A stretch of DNA of 64,000 bases from positions 62,001-126,000 of the IMG/VR virus record IMGVR_UViG_3300045971_000344, one strand, 5' to 3'. The position numbers and the translations under genes were made by a program. The notes beneath the pieces are model-generated. The model had not been told where the DNA came from. It saw only the letters and a program-made list of their open reading frames with translations, and made no database searches. Below, in pieces: positions 26,217-36,641 of the stretch; positions within the stretch are counted from its first letter, which is position 1; each line of letters begins with the position of its first letter.

Positions 26217-26417
26217 ATGGCAAAGGGAACGGTGAAATGGTTTAATCCAGAAAAAGGCTTTGGCTTTATCGCACAAGATGGAGGAGAAGACGTATTCGTA
26301 CATTTTTCTGCTATTCAGAGCGAGGGATTCAAGACCTTGAATGAAGGCGATTCTGTTAAGTTTGACGTAGTTAGCGGTCAAAAAGGAATGCAAGCGTCTA
26401 ACGTAGTAGTAGCCTAA
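26217..26417 (+). CDS. cspA: cold-shock protein
   Basis: [15 protein letters not shown] (RNP1), DVFVHFSAI (RNP2), 66 aa. Confidence 0.98.
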   Translation: MAKGTVKWFNPEKGFGFIAQDGGEDVFVHFSAIQSEGFKTLNEGDSVKFDVVSGQKGMQASNVVVA

Positions 26418-26440
26418 AAAGAATTAGTAGAATGAAACAG

Positions 26441-26482
26441 TGGCCTTGAGCATTTGATTGTGCTCAAGGCCATTCTCTTTTT
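26441..26482 (+). terminator. rho-independent terminator after csp
   Basis: 12-bp stem TGGCCTTGAGCA/TGCTCAAGGCCA followed by T-rich tract. Confidence 0.85.
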
Positions 26483-26520
26483 CAGAACGAAAACTGTTAA
26501 TAACATAAAAATGAGGACAG

Positions 26521-26790
26521 GTGCTTATGTTTCCTATTAAAGAAATTTGCTCAGCATTAGCGAATGGAACAATAATGGTGGCGACGTACTATCAAGTTAA
26601 AGGAAAATGGCACATTGCCTTTCCTCTTTACTTAGTAAGCTCTGTCCTATTTTTAATATATGGAATAATCCAGAACGATTATAGTTTTATTATTCTAAAT
26701 GCAGTATATTTTATTCCAATGAACATTATTGGAGTCCTGAAATGGAGGCGAAATGCTAGACTTTACGACAATCTTAACGAAGAACCTTAA
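26521..26790 (+). CDS. small multi-pass membrane protein (PnuC/YgjV-like half module)
   Basis: three hydrophobic segments, Y..MNIIG..KW. Confidence 0.55.
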   Translation: MLMFPIKEICSALANGTIMVATYYQVKGKWHIAFPLYLVSSVLFLIYGIIQNDYSFIILNAVYFIPMNIIGVLKWRRNARLYDNLNEEP

Positions 26791-27001
26791 AGGTGATCCT
26801 TATGCAGAATATTATAGAGGTATAAAAGATGAAGTAGGTGGTTCGACTAAAAAGATCGAGTGTAAAAGTACTCGCTTATCTAATTGTCCTCATTGCTCTA
26901 CCGTAGGTCGCCATTTAGTTATAGAGAAAAAGAGTAGAGACTCAATTATAGAATGTTTGTTCTGTTATAAGACATTCGGTTCAGTTGGTAACTGTAGATA
27001 G
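26753..27001 (+). CDS. hypothetical Zn-ribbon protein
   Basis: CPHC...CLFC. Confidence 0.65.
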   Translation: MLDFTTILTKNLKGDPYAEYYRGIKDEVGGSTKKIECKSTRLSNCPHCSTVGRHLVIEKKSRDSIIECLFCYKTFGSVGNCR

Positions 27002-27019
27002 AGATAAAGAGGGAACCTT

Positions 27020-27325
27020 ATGGAGATTACACTTTTAAAGAAGATAATTAAAAAGAGAACTACGGCTAATCCTAATGAAGTATTTCATGTAGACCATAGC
27101 ATACCGCGTAACCATGAGCGAGGTCTAAGTATAAATTGTGAAGGATGTCCTCATGTAAGATCAGGTCTATGTATATATGTAGAGACCCCAAAGAAGAAAA
27201 GGTTCCCTTGTTTCTTCAAAGTCTACGTTGAGCCCGGGGGCTTTGATGGTCAATATACTGCTACTATTCCCCGAATAAGTCATAAAGGGAGTACCGCCAT
27301 AAAAGTAGATGGAGCAACAGAGTAA
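27020..27325 (+). CDS. hypothetical protein
   Basis: GAGGG RBS. Confidence 0.65.
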   Translation: MEITLLKKIIKKRTTANPNEVFHVDHSIPRNHERGLSINCEGCPHVRSGLCIYVETPKKKRFPCFFKVYVEPGGFDGQYTATIPRISHKGSTAIKVDGATE

Positions 27326-27353
27326 TAAAATTATAGATAGGAGGAACTAGCAC

Positions 27354-28442
27354 ATGACAATGATAGCAACCTCAGCCTGGACCGGCAGTATGAGCAACAA
27401 TCAGTACATAATTTACACGAGTCCTGCGGGGACGGAATTGACCTCACAGTACCAGACGCAACAGGAAGTTCCACAGGAGATACCGGAACTGGTGGGACCT
27501 CTGCCAAAAGAAGAGGCAGACAGAAGAAAGAACCGCCAGAAACAGATTCAACAGATAGCGAAGTTAAAGAAGAAGGGTAAAGTAACAGCGGGGTCTAATA
27601 TACCACCTAAGGTATTCTTTAAATTTGTGAAGTCCAAACTGGACTCGATTGACCAAGACCAGTTACAGAGAAATCTTGATAAGCTGGTTAAGTTAGTGGT
27701 TGTCACTGAGGAAATCGGACAGCAGGCTTTGTTTGAAGAATTCTCTACCCAGCTTGCCATAGCAGTCAGGGAACAAGAAGCATCAGCAGCAGGTTACAAC
27801 AAGCGAATTGAACTCCGTCATATCCAGCGTTTTATCAAATCCGTAACAGATAGACTGGTTAAGTTCAAACCGCTGGAGGAATTCCCTAGGGTAATACCTT
27901 CCAATATCATGAAGGAAATTAAACATTGTCAGGATCTTTGTATCTTCGATGAGTTTCATGTACTGTTCATCGACCATGTAGAGTCGTCTAAGGAAAATGA
28001 AGAGTTGAAGACCAATAAGCAGAAGGTAAAAGAAAAAGACCCTATCTTATTCGGGGCCTTCAAATTTCAACCAGACGTGCTGTACTATATAGTGGATTGG
28101 ATAGATGAATACTGCGATTTGTCTTTTAGAGAACTTTTGAAGGCCCTTACTCTTGATGACCCTACATTTGAGCTTAGTCTTGTACAAACTGTAAATAAAG
28201 AGTATGTGGATTCGATTGTAAAGGAAGTCCATGATAGAGTTGAACGGTTGAAGAAAACACGACCATCTAATTTTAAAGATCTAATGGCACAAGAAGAGCA
28301 GGTAAAAGAACAGAGAAAGAAACAAAGAGCAACAACAAGCTCTAATACTCCTACTAAGAAAGAAGATCAGTCATTAGGCGATAAGATAGTTGATGCACTA
28401 AAAATCCCCTTTGGACGAAAGAAAGGAAAAGCTAATGTTTAA
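27354..28442 (+). CDS. hypothetical protein
   Basis: 362 aa, AGGAGG RBS. Confidence 0.85.
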   Translation: MTMIATSAWTGSMSNNQYIIYTSPAGTELTSQYQTQQEVPQEIPELVGPLPKEEADRRKNRQKQIQQIAKLKKKGKVTAGSNIPPKVFFKFVKSKLDSIDQDQLQRNLDKLVKLVVVTEEIGQQALFEEFSTQLAIAVREQEASAAGYNKRIELRHIQRFIKSVTDRLVKFKPLEEFPRVIPSNIMKEIKHCQDLCIFDEFHVLFIDHVESSKENEELKTNKQKVKEKDPILFGAFKFQPDVLYYIVDWIDEYCDLSFRELLKALTLDDPTFELSLVQTVNKEYVDSIVKEVHDRVERLKKTRPSNFKDLMAQEEQVKEQRKKQRATTSSNTPTKKEDQSLGDKIVDALKIPFGRKKGKANV

Positions 28443-28641
28443 GAAAAATGACAGAGTGAGTCACATTAAATTTGGACCAGCTATAGTAGTTGGGCGATAC
28501 AAGAGTAGTTGGGCTGAAATTCCAGATGAAACTATCTTGATAAAACCAGATGTACAAAGAGAAAACCACGCGGCAGTTCTTATGGTTGATGAGTGTGCTT
28601 GTAAATTAATAGAAAAAGAAGGAGTAACAGCGAATGATTGA
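28411..28641 (+). CDS. hypothetical protein (start probably ATG 28435)
   Basis: packed ORF. Confidence 0.6.
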   Translation: MDERKEKLMFKKNDRVSHIKFGPAIVVGRYKSSWAEIPDETILIKPDVQRENHAAVLMVDECACKLIEKEGVTAND

Positions 28642-29113
28642 AAACCTTATTTATGATTATGCTCGTACAACCCGGGGCTTGCAGGTAGTGGCAACCAAAG
28701 AGTATTCCTTCGAGTTTAAGTCGCTAGTTGCAGAATACAGAGGTCTTTATGGAGGTCAAAGAGCCCACCCTAAGAATACCTTTGAGTTCATTATCAGAGA
28801 GACCAAAGGTGCTCCACTAGTTACATTCTGCGCGGGTGTAGACAAAGAGACTCGAATGTTCTACATTGGGTACTCTGCGTGTAAAACAACAGAGGATACC
28901 TTCAATAAAGAAGAGGGTAGGGCAGGAGCAGAACTTAGAATGATGATTGATGACGGGGTAGAATTACAGGCCCTTTTTAGTACTTTCCCTGTGAGTCAAA
29001 AGACGGCATTACAGAATTTTTTGGTACGCTGTGAAAAATATTACCAAGGGTGTACCGTAGGGTACCCATATCTCAATTGGATAGAAAAAGGAGAGTCTGA
29101 AAATGAGCATTGA
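28634..29113 (+). CDS. hypothetical protein with GYSAC...D.FNKEEGR..A motif
   Basis: AAGGAG RBS. Confidence 0.75.
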   Translation: MIENLIYDYARTTRGLQVVATKEYSFEFKSLVAEYRGLYGGQRAHPKNTFEFIIRETKGAPLVTFCAGVDKETRMFYIGYSACKTTEDTFNKEEGRAGAELRMMIDDGVELQALFSTFPVSQKTALQNFLVRCEKYYQGCTVGYPYLNWIEKGESENEH

Positions 29114-29933
29114 AATCGTTAAGGCAAATGTAGTACCTATTGTTACGCCTTCAACCTTTAAGAACATGAGAGTTTCGGGAATCGCCGCAAAGACCTGTAC
29201 CAGTGCAGATAGTTTTGCCGAGATATTAGATGCAGATACTGACTATTTGGATGTCCTTAAAAGAGTAATAAATTATGGGCATTTATCTGTAACTGAATTT
29301 GACACTTGGGTTTTTGGTGTTGAAAACGTGAGTCGGACAATGACACACCAACTGGTTAGGAAGCGCATCGGGGTGGCTTACGGGCAAGAGTCTATGCGAT
29401 ATGCTTCACAGGCCGGAGTGTATAAGATTATTGTTCCTGATACTCTGAAAGATAAAAGGTATGATATTGACTTACCAAATCTAGGTGGGAAAATAAATCT
29501 ATCTCTTGAGGACTTAGCAACAATTTCGCATAACTGGTATGAAGCCGCTCAGGTAGAAGGCGTGCCCAACGAAGATGCACGCTTCGGACTTCTTGAGGCC
29601 TCAAAAACAAAGATACTGGTCGGTATGAATACTCATGCTCTTCTTGATTTCTTTAAAGAACGAACCTGTAATACCGCACAATGGGAGATCCGAGATGTAG
29701 CTAAAAAGATGCTTATGATCTGTAAAGAATATGACCCTGAAGTATTTGAAGGCGCAGGTCCAAAATGTAACTATACCAACGTATGCAATGAACCAAAAGT
29801 AAAATGGAAAACCTGCCAAAGGGTTCCACATAAGTCAAATTCCGCGCTTATAGGTGATGTAGCGAGCTTTATTGAGCAGCTTAACCTTACCGAAGCACAA
29901 ATAGAGACCGCGCTTAAGATCCTAAAAGGGTGA
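29103..29933 (+). CDS. thyX: FAD-dependent thymidylate synthase
   Basis: GHLSVTEF, SRTMTHQLVRKR, QESMRY, EDARF, ERTCNTAQWEIR. Confidence 0.95.
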   Translation: MSIEIVKANVVPIVTPSTFKNMRVSGIAAKTCTSADSFAEILDADTDYLDVLKRVINYGHLSVTEFDTWVFGVENVSRTMTHQLVRKRIGVAYGQESMRYASQAGVYKIIVPDTLKDKRYDIDLPNLGGKINLSLEDLATISHNWYEAAQVEGVPNEDARFGLLEASKTKILVGMNTHALLDFFKERTCNTAQWEIRDVAKKMLMICKEYDPEVFEGAGPKCNYTNVCNEPKVKWKTCQRVPHKSNSALIGDVASFIEQLNLTEAQIETALKILKG

Positions 29934-29942
29934 GTGTAAGGT

Positions 29943-30149
29943 ATGTCAGCTCAAAGAACAACTCTCAACTATCTTGAAGGTTCCGTCCTCATAGCTCCTG
30001 TTAGGTCTATGCCTGGATTAAAAGAGGCTAGTCCTAGTAGTTTTATTGATGCTGAAATAGATCCTGAGTGTACGGTATTAGTAATTATTGCCAGCTGGAG
30101 AAATAAACTTATAAAAACGTCTATATCACTGAAAGGATTATTCATATGA
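29943..30149 (+). CDS. hypothetical protein
   Basis: packed ORF. Confidence 0.5.
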   Translation: MSAQRTTLNYLEGSVLIAPVRSMPGLKEASPSSFIDAEIDPECTVLVIIASWRNKLIKTSISLKGLFI

Positions 30150-30472
30150 TGAATATAGCTCCAAATACGCCTGTATTGGCAAAACTTGTAGATGGAACCT
30201 TTGTTATTGGGACAAAAGGAGAGGACTCAATAACGGATTGCTATACACTTATGCTGCGCCAAGGGCCTGATGGAAACGTAGGCGTTGCTATAACGGACTT
30301 TCACGCACCTTTTATTCAGGATGGTAAGGGCATAGCTATTTCCTACAAAGATATTCTTGGCCCTTTATCGGTAATGCCTGAGAGTTTGCAATCAGAGTAT
30401 TTGAGTAGAAAGACCGGCATTGTCTTGGCCACGTCTATGCCTACTAATAATCCTATGGGTAGACGAGGTTGA
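30146..30472 (+). CDS. Sm-like fold phage protein (tentative)
   Basis: LAKLVDGTFVIG...APF...EYLSRKTGIVL pattern. Confidence 0.5.
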   Translation: MMNIAPNTPVLAKLVDGTFVIGTKGEDSITDCYTLMLRQGPDGNVGVAITDFHAPFIQDGKGIAISYKDILGPLSVMPESLQSEYLSRKTGIVLATSMPTNNPMGRRG

Positions 30473-30475
30473 TCC

Positions 30476-31003
30476 ATGACAAATAAAGTCCTTTTAGATG
30501 AAGATAACATAGCCCGTCTAGTTAGATCATTAAGCGTTAGTGTAGATACCTTTGTTACAGACAAATATGACCCTAAAGACGTTGTCTTAATAGGTATAAT
30601 GGACGGTGCCTTATTCTTTTTATCCGACTTCTTAAGGTCGAGCATTTATGATTACTCGTACACTATAGTTTCATCTAGTTCCTACATAGGAAATATTTCT
30701 ACTAAAATAGTGTCTATGGATAATCTAAATGATCTTCAAAAGAGAGTTAAGGATAAAGTTGTGTTTTTGCTAGATGAAATCTGCGATACTGGACATACCT
30801 TGATTGCTACTAAAAAACGAATGTTGGATTTTGGGGCAAAAGGGGTCTATACTGTTTGTCTATTGAATAAGAAAGAGAAAAGAGAGGTAAGCATAACACC
30901 AGATTTTATTGGACTCGAGATCGAAGACCATTTTGTAATTGGCTATGGTCTTGACTTAGACGGGTCTCATAGAACAACTTCATTCATTTACTATAAAGAG
31001 TAG
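30476..31003 (+). CDS. hpt: hypoxanthine-guanine phosphoribosyltransferase
   Basis: IGIMDGALFFLSD, VFLLDEICDTGHTL PRPP motif, FVIGYGLD. Confidence 0.93.
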   Translation: MTNKVLLDEDNIARLVRSLSVSVDTFVTDKYDPKDVVLIGIMDGALFFLSDFLRSSIYDYSYTIVSSSSYIGNISTKIVSMDNLNDLQKRVKDKVVFLLDEICDTGHTLIATKKRMLDFGAKGVYTVCLLNKKEKREVSITPDFIGLEIEDHFVIGYGLDLDGSHRTTSFIYYKE

Positions 31004-31017
31004 TAGGTATATACTAA

Positions 31018-31365
31018 ATGATAGTCACTCTACCTAAATTGGACAATATAAAAAATGCTACAGGCGGATCAGCCAATGAGGTCTATATTGGTCGGGCAGG
31101 TCACGGTTATGATGGGTATTTCGGCAACCCTGTAAGAAAAAATGAGAAGTGTATGGTGTGCAACAAAGTTCACACTAGGACCAAAGAAGTTATTAAATGC
31201 TTTGAGGTCTATGCAAGACGAAGGATTAACACTGACCCTGTGTTCAAAAGTAAAGTAAAAGAACTAACTGGTAAGACCTTGTTGTGCTTTTGCTGGCCAA
31301 AGCATTGTCATGGAGAAGTTTTGATAACTCTCTGTAAGGAATTAAATTCAAATACACTATTCTAA
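31018..31365 (+). CDS. DUF4326-like protein
   Basis: VYIGR...YFGNP...LTGKTLLCFCWPKHCHGEVL. Confidence 0.8.
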   Translation: MIVTLPKLDNIKNATGGSANEVYIGRAGHGYDGYFGNPVRKNEKCMVCNKVHTRTKEVIKCFEVYARRRINTDPVFKSKVKELTGKTLLCFCWPKHCHGEVLITLCKELNSNTLF

Positions 31366-31384
31366 ACTAAAGGAGAAACAACAA

Positions 31385-32143
31385 ATGAAGACAAAATCTC
31401 TGAACAACTCCGATGCAAATGGAGCGCGTAAGAATGTTAAAGACATAAAGTTTTATGGTGATGGTGATACCTTTAGATTGATCTGTAAAGCTTCTTCTGA
31501 GGCTGAGAGTTGGATGAAAAGTACAAAGGCAATGGATATTCCTGGTGCGGGTTGCGTGGTCCAGATAACTACACAGCAACGAAACCCGGATAATTCTTAT
31601 GCGATTGCCGAAGCAGTTACTTTTGTTCCCAATGTCCGAATTTCAGAAATTACTGTTCCTTCAGAGACAGGTGAGATTCAAGTAATCAGAAAATTGGTTG
31701 CTATCGAGCACGCGTTTATCGGTGCGGTTCTTGAAGAACAGAAACATGAGGGTGAGAATATTCGGATCGAAAACTTGATTATAAATATGAAGGACGTGTT
31801 TAAAGAAGAACCTGAATGTGAATATGAAGACGATTCTGAAGGTGGCTGTGGAGGTGACTGTTACTGTGAAGATGAAGATGGATATGAAGATGAAGATGAG
31901 GATGAAGACCTGCAATTAGCTAGCGATTGCATACGCCAAGTTCCGTTAAGAGAAGTCCGCTTCTTTGACAATGCAGATGGTGTACGTGGTCATTACTGTA
32001 TTGGATTTGTGGATAACAACGTATCCTGGTTTTGGAATGAACGCAACGAGGATTGGGCATCAGCAGGGACTCTTTATGTGGGCGTAATTGCCCTTCTAAA
32101 GGCAATGGAAACCTTGAAAAGAATGGACATTATTTACGAATAA
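31385..32143 (+). CDS. hypothetical protein with internal acidic/Cys linker
   Basis: AAAGGAG RBS; 252 aa. Confidence 0.75.
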   Translation: MKTKSLNNSDANGARKNVKDIKFYGDGDTFRLICKASSEAESWMKSTKAMDIPGAGCVVQITTQQRNPDNSYAIAEAVTFVPNVRISEITVPSETGEIQVIRKLVAIEHAFIGAVLEEQKHEGENIRIENLIINMKDVFKEEPECEYEDDSEGGCGGDCYCEDEDGYEDEDEDEDLQLASDCIRQVPLREVRFFDNADGVRGHYCIGFVDNNVSWFWNERNEDWASAGTLYVGVIALLKAMETLKRMDIIYE

Positions 32144-32505
32144 AAAAGGAAGGTCAAGGTATGATAAAAAAGTATATATCTAAGTCAGGGCTAAATAGGT
32201 ATAGCTCTTATCATACCTATAGAGAGTGTCCAAAGTTAAATTCACCCAGGTCTAATCAAGACAGTATTATTGAACTCACACCAGACGAATCTTTCGTAGA
32301 CCTAAAGAAATGCAGTTGGTGTAAGCAACGTTCAGAAAAGACATCACCAGAGGTTGTTTTAAATACCTTGAGTGCACTAAACAGATACAAACTAGGGGTG
32401 GTTCAGTCCACCCCTAGTGGTTTCACTATATCCGTAAAGTCACAACCCACGCTCCATATAAGTCATGAGGGCTCATGGAGGTTTGAATCAAATGACCCAG
32501 ATTGA
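32053..32505 (+). CDS. hypothetical protein (start probably ATG 32161)
   Basis: YHTYRECPKL...CSWC. Confidence 0.6.
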   Translation: MGISRDSLCGRNCPSKGNGNLEKNGHYLRIKKEGQGMIKKYISKSGLNRYSSYHTYRECPKLNSPRSNQDSIIELTPDESFVDLKKCSWCKQRSEKTSPEVVLNTLSALNRYKLGVVQSTPSGFTISVKSQPTLHISHEGSWRFESNDPD

Positions 32506-32782
32506 AGAGTTTGAGAAATTAGTAGATGAAACTAAAGGTGCAACAATAACAATACAAAGAAATAAGAAAAGAAAAATATGGATATTGAGATTTGCAGCGG
32601 TAATGGTAGGTACAAAACAACAATCTATTGAAGATAACTCACTTGATGCACTTATTGTTAAGGGTACTAAGTGGTTGAAGGATAATACAGTTGACGGTGT
32701 AGTAAAAGTGGCAAGATGCAAAGGTGGAGCCTGGACTTCTGGTCCCCAGAGGAAAAAGAAATCTAGAATTGAGGAGTACTAG
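32465..32782 (+). CDS. hypothetical protein
   Basis: packed ORF. Confidence 0.6.
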   Translation: MRAHGGLNQMTQIEEFEKLVDETKGATITIQRNKKRKIWILRFAAVMVGTKQQSIEDNSLDALIVKGTKWLKDNTVDGVVKVARCKGGAWTSGPQRKKKSRIEEY

Positions 32783-33256
32783 ATGAAACTTAGAATATAT
32801 AGAACGTGGACTTGGGAATTAGATTGTAGTCCACTAGACGTAGTATTAGGTGGAAGAAATACAATGAAATTGGTTAGTCATGATAAACTCCAGTATCTGG
32901 ATTCTAACATACCGTATTCTAAACATATAGAAACACCAGAGGGTACTTGGGTAGACGTACCTATAGTTGAGGAACCAAAACCTGAACACCCAAGGGATAA
33001 AGAAGAAAGAGAAAAGTACGAACGTATGCACGCCGATATGAAACCTTTTATTGAAAAAATAAAGTCATCGAATGTTTTTACAAATCTCGGGGAATCAATT
33101 TCTGAGCTAAAGATGAACCGTGAAGATAAATCAGTTTGTCCTTTTAACTGTTTGGATGGAAAGCATGAGTATGAAACTATAAGGAACAGCGATTCCGAAG
33201 GAGCTTTAATAGCAAAAATATATAAGTGTAAACACTGTGGAAAGGAGAAATTATGA
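32783..33256 (+). CDS. hypothetical protein
   Basis: GAGGAG RBS. Confidence 0.65.
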   Translation: MKLRIYRTWTWELDCSPLDVVLGGRNTMKLVSHDKLQYLDSNIPYSKHIETPEGTWVDVPIVEEPKPEHPRDKEEREKYERMHADMKPFIEKIKSSNVFTNLGESISELKMNREDKSVCPFNCLDGKHEYETIRNSDSEGALIAKIYKCKHCGKEKL

Positions 33257-34230
33257 CGGACATTACAGGTTACTTTCATCGGATTGACTATGACGGAAAG
33301 AACAGCGCGTATTGGATTAAGAAATGGGCAGACCTTAACAGTTTAAGCGTTAAGTTAATTGGTATTAACTACGGGGAAACCTTCGACCCAGAAGATGTTA
33401 AGAATAAGACAGTAATAATATCGGACTTTACATTCTTGCCAGGAGAAATGTTTAATATTCTAGCACTAGCAAAAGAAGTAATTTGGCTCGACCATCACAA
33501 GACCTCTATAAATGATATGACTGTCTATATGAAAGAGCACAATATAGATAATCCATTTAGAGGAATCCAGAAACTTGGATTTGGAGGGTGCGCTCTGACT
33601 TGGTTATATTTCTTCGGGTGTAACCATATCGAACGAAAGCCTGCAGGAAGTGACTACTGTGAACTTGCGAGTATTTCAATGGAGTTTATTACGCATGAGT
33701 CCGAAGAATACTTAGATCGCGCGCCTATGCTTGTTCAGTTACTGTCTACCTATGATACCTGGGACCTAAGATCAAATCTTTGGGCTGATGCACTTGATCT
33801 TCAATATGCGTTAAAACAATTTGACCTACAGCCAGATAGTTCTCGTTGGAACGTTATTGTAGAGGACGCACTTTATCTTCGACAGTTAGTAGAAGAAGGA
33901 CCAAAATTTAGAGAATATACCAATCAACAGCAACTCTGGTATATGGATGAGTATGGATACCAAGCAATTTTCAGCAAAGGACCTTTTGCACATCTTAAAG
34001 TCTATGCTATGAATACCGGTTTCAAAGGCTCAAATAACTTTGTAGACCGCATGGAAAAATATGATGTTCTCTTAGCGTATGTTCACAAGGCAGACGGGAC
34101 TTTTACCTGTTCGGTGTACTCCGCAACTGGAACTGATGTATCGGTAATTGCAAAGTTCTTCGGAGGTGGTGGACACCCAGGTGCTGCTGGGTTTACTGTA
34201 AGCGAGTTGCCGGTACGGAGGTCCCAATGA
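33253..34230 (+). CDS. DHH/DHHA1-family phosphoesterase
   Basis: FHRIDYDG, ISDFT, WLDHHKT, FGGGGHPGAAGF. Confidence 0.9.
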   Translation: MTDITGYFHRIDYDGKNSAYWIKKWADLNSLSVKLIGINYGETFDPEDVKNKTVIISDFTFLPGEMFNILALAKEVIWLDHHKTSINDMTVYMKEHNIDNPFRGIQKLGFGGCALTWLYFFGCNHIERKPAGSDYCELASISMEFITHESEEYLDRAPMLVQLLSTYDTWDLRSNLWADALDLQYALKQFDLQPDSSRWNVIVEDALYLRQLVEEGPKFREYTNQQQLWYMDEYGYQAIFSKGPFAHLKVYAMNTGFKGSNNFVDRMEKYDVLLAYVHKADGTFTCSVYSATGTDVSVIAKFFGGGGHPGAAGFTVSELPVRRSQ

Positions 34231-34454
34231 AAACAATAGAACTTGTTAGCGAAAAGTTATCTCACTATGATTCAGATAATGATCCAAATACTCGCCGAAT
34301 ACTAAAACCATCAGATAAGTTAAAAGATGGGCAAGCCTTTGGGCACATTTCCGGTAGTTCCTATTTACATGATACCCTAAGTAATAGACATTTATTGGAA
34401 ACTCTAGGAAGGATGCACCAAATTGAGTTTATGATAAAGAGGAGTAACAACTAA
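34227..34454 (+). CDS. hypothetical protein
   Basis: ATGA overlap. Confidence 0.55.
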   Translation: MKTIELVSEKLSHYDSDNDPNTRRILKPSDKLKDGQAFGHISGSSYLHDTLSNRHLLETLGRMHQIEFMIKRSNN

Positions 34455-35098
34455 TGGAACCCGTAAAAGTTACACAAGCATTTGACCTTACGCTAATGAT
34501 GCAGAATCAGATTTCTGTAATTCAGGAAATGCAGGATAAACACCTAAGCACTATAAGTACAATAGTAGATATTATGGTCACAGCGTTTAAATCCGAGAAT
34601 AAAGTTTTGATTTGTGGCAACGGAGGGTCAGCAGGGGACGCCCAGCACTTCGCGGCGGAACTAGTAGCAAGGTTCAAACTTAACCGACCGGCATTACCTG
34701 CATTGGCACTTACCACAGATACTTCCTTGATTACCGCTATAAGTAATGACTTTGGATTTGACCGAGTATTTGACCGCCAAGTCTGGGCATTCGGGAAACC
34801 TGGAGATGTACTAATAGGGATATCTACAAGTGGTAACTCAGAAAACGTATATCTAGCAATGGATGCGGCTAAAGATATTGGACTGTGTACTATAGGACTC
34901 TTAGGAAAAGATGGTGGAACTATAAAAGGTCTGTGTGATGTTGATCTTACAATCGGTGAAGAAACTGCTAGAACTCAAGAGGCGCATATACTTGTAATCC
35001 ATTGTATCTGTGAATTAGTAGAACGGATAATGGCAAACTGGTATGGGTCAAAAGAAATGGTTGAAAATCTTGTGGCACTAGGAGTATTAGATGAGTAA
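34454..35098 (+). CDS. gmhA: phosphoheptose isomerase (SIS domain)
   Basis: [49 protein letters not shown]-like TQEAH. Confidence 0.95.
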   Translation: MEPVKVTQAFDLTLMMQNQISVIQEMQDKHLSTISTIVDIMVTAFKSENKVLICGNGGSAGDAQHFAAELVARFKLNRPALPALALTTDTSLITAISNDFGFDRVFDRQVWAFGKPGDVLIGISTSGNSENVYLAMDAAKDIGLCTIGLLGKDGGTIKGLCDVDLTIGEETARTQEAHILVIHCICELVERIMANWYGSKEMVENLVALGVLDE

Positions 35099-35783
35099 AG
35101 GATTATTTATTACTCTTGAGGGCGGAGAAGGCAGTGGTAAGACCACTCAAATAAAGCTCTTACGATCCGCATTAGAAGCAATTGGTAAGACCGTTGTGGT
35201 AACCCGTGAGCCCGGAGGTTCGCCTTTGGCAGAAAAAATACGACAGTTATTACTGAATCCGGATTTTTCAGAGATTAATTACAAGACTGAATTTCTTTTA
35301 TTTTTGGCGGCCCGAGCACAGCACATAAAGGATACAATTGCGCCGGCCCTTAAAGAAGGGTCCACTGTAATTTGTGACCGTTATCTAGATAGTTCTTTTG
35401 TATACCAGCATTACGCTAGAGGTATTGTATCAAATAAAGAATTTGTAGAAATGAATACTTGGACAATAACTCATGAGCATAAAGAGTATTATCCAGATAT
35501 TACACTTATGTTGGATATAGACGTAGAGGTTGGACATCAAAGAGCGCTTAATAGAAACAACCACTTAAAAGATCAGTCTGAAGCACGCTTTGATAACGAA
35601 GAACGAGCGTTCCATGAAAAGGTAAACCAAGGCTATAGAGAACGCGCGGCAATAAATCCAATAAGAATTAGGGTTGTTAACGCCAATCAAGACCTAAGGA
35701 TGGTCCACGAAGATATTTGTAAGACAATAAATGAAGTAGTTAGATCGTGGAAGATTCATCCTTTGGATGGGCATGAAATTTAG
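35091..35783 (+). CDS. tmk: thymidylate kinase
   Basis: [47 protein letters not shown]. Confidence 0.96.
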   Translation: MSKGLFITLEGGEGSGKTTQIKLLRSALEAIGKTVVVTREPGGSPLAEKIRQLLLNPDFSEINYKTEFLLFLAARAQHIKDTIAPALKEGSTVICDRYLDSSFVYQHYARGIVSNKEFVEMNTWTITHEHKEYYPDITLMLDIDVEVGHQRALNRNNHLKDQSEARFDNEERAFHEKVNQGYRERAAINPIRIRVVNANQDLRMVHEDICKTINEVVRSWKIHPLDGHEI

Positions 35784-35792
35784 AACAGGACT

Positions 35793-35835
35793 ATGGGTGT
35801 GGTGGATATTCTCTGTCACACCCATTATTTTTATT
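35793..35835 (+). terminator. probable terminator after tmk
   Basis: ATGGGTGTG/CACACCCAT stem followed by T-rich tract. Confidence 0.6.
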
Positions 35836-36128
35836 ATACTGTAAATATTTATCAGTACGTAAATCTAGAGTGAGTGAGTTAGGGAACAAATCATGGAAAG
35901 TATTCAGAGTAATATCCAAAGAGGAGCCGTAAGAGTATCTGACACATTAATCATTGGTGGTCATGCTGAAACCTGCAACCTATGCAACTCTTATGTGTCT
36001 TCAGAGGGTGTACAAATTTTAATTGTTTGGAATTCCGAGGAGAACCTATACTTCAGATGATCTTGCGGGCCCGTAATAATCTAAATCTTAGCTTAACCTC
36101 TAAAGATCTGGCATAAAGGAGAAATAAA

Positions 36129-36641
36129 ATGAAGAATAATACTGAAGTGCAAGTAATAATCACAATGGATAACGTTGACCACGCAGATGCCTTAATTAAG
36201 GCATTGAACTCATTCTTTTCAATCTCGGATGCAGGCGGTGACTCTTATTTAGTTCATTCAGAAGATTGGAACTGTGCTATTCCTAATACCGATATATCTA
36301 GTTGTGGATTTATTGGGCATGACGTAAGAAAACCAAAGAGTATCAGATTAATGCCAGCAGATGAACCGATTGAAATGCAAGTAGGTAAGGTAGAAATTGA
36401 GTACCAGTCCTACTACGTCTGGAGAAAACAAGGTGGAACTTTTAGCACTCCGCATACAAGTTTAGAATCGGCTAAGACCGAGGCAACTAGGTTGGCAATC
36501 AAGCACAATGATGAGGTCTTTATTTTGGCAACCATTGGTTCCGTGGCCCCAGTAACACCACAGGTAGCATTTAAGAGTCTGGAGAAAGGTTTTGTAGAAA
36601 AGTTATTTGAAGAGTGTAAGAGGAGTTCTTATGACGACTAA
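36129..36641 (+). CDS. hypothetical protein
   Basis: AAGGAG RBS. Confidence 0.75.
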   Translation: MKNNTEVQVIITMDNVDHADALIKALNSFFSISDAGGDSYLVHSEDWNCAIPNTDISSCGFIGHDVRKPKSIRLMPADEPIEMQVGKVEIEYQSYYVWRKQGGTFSTPHTSLESAKTEATRLAIKHNDEVFILATIGSVAPVTPQVAFKSLEKGFVEKLFEECKRSSYDD

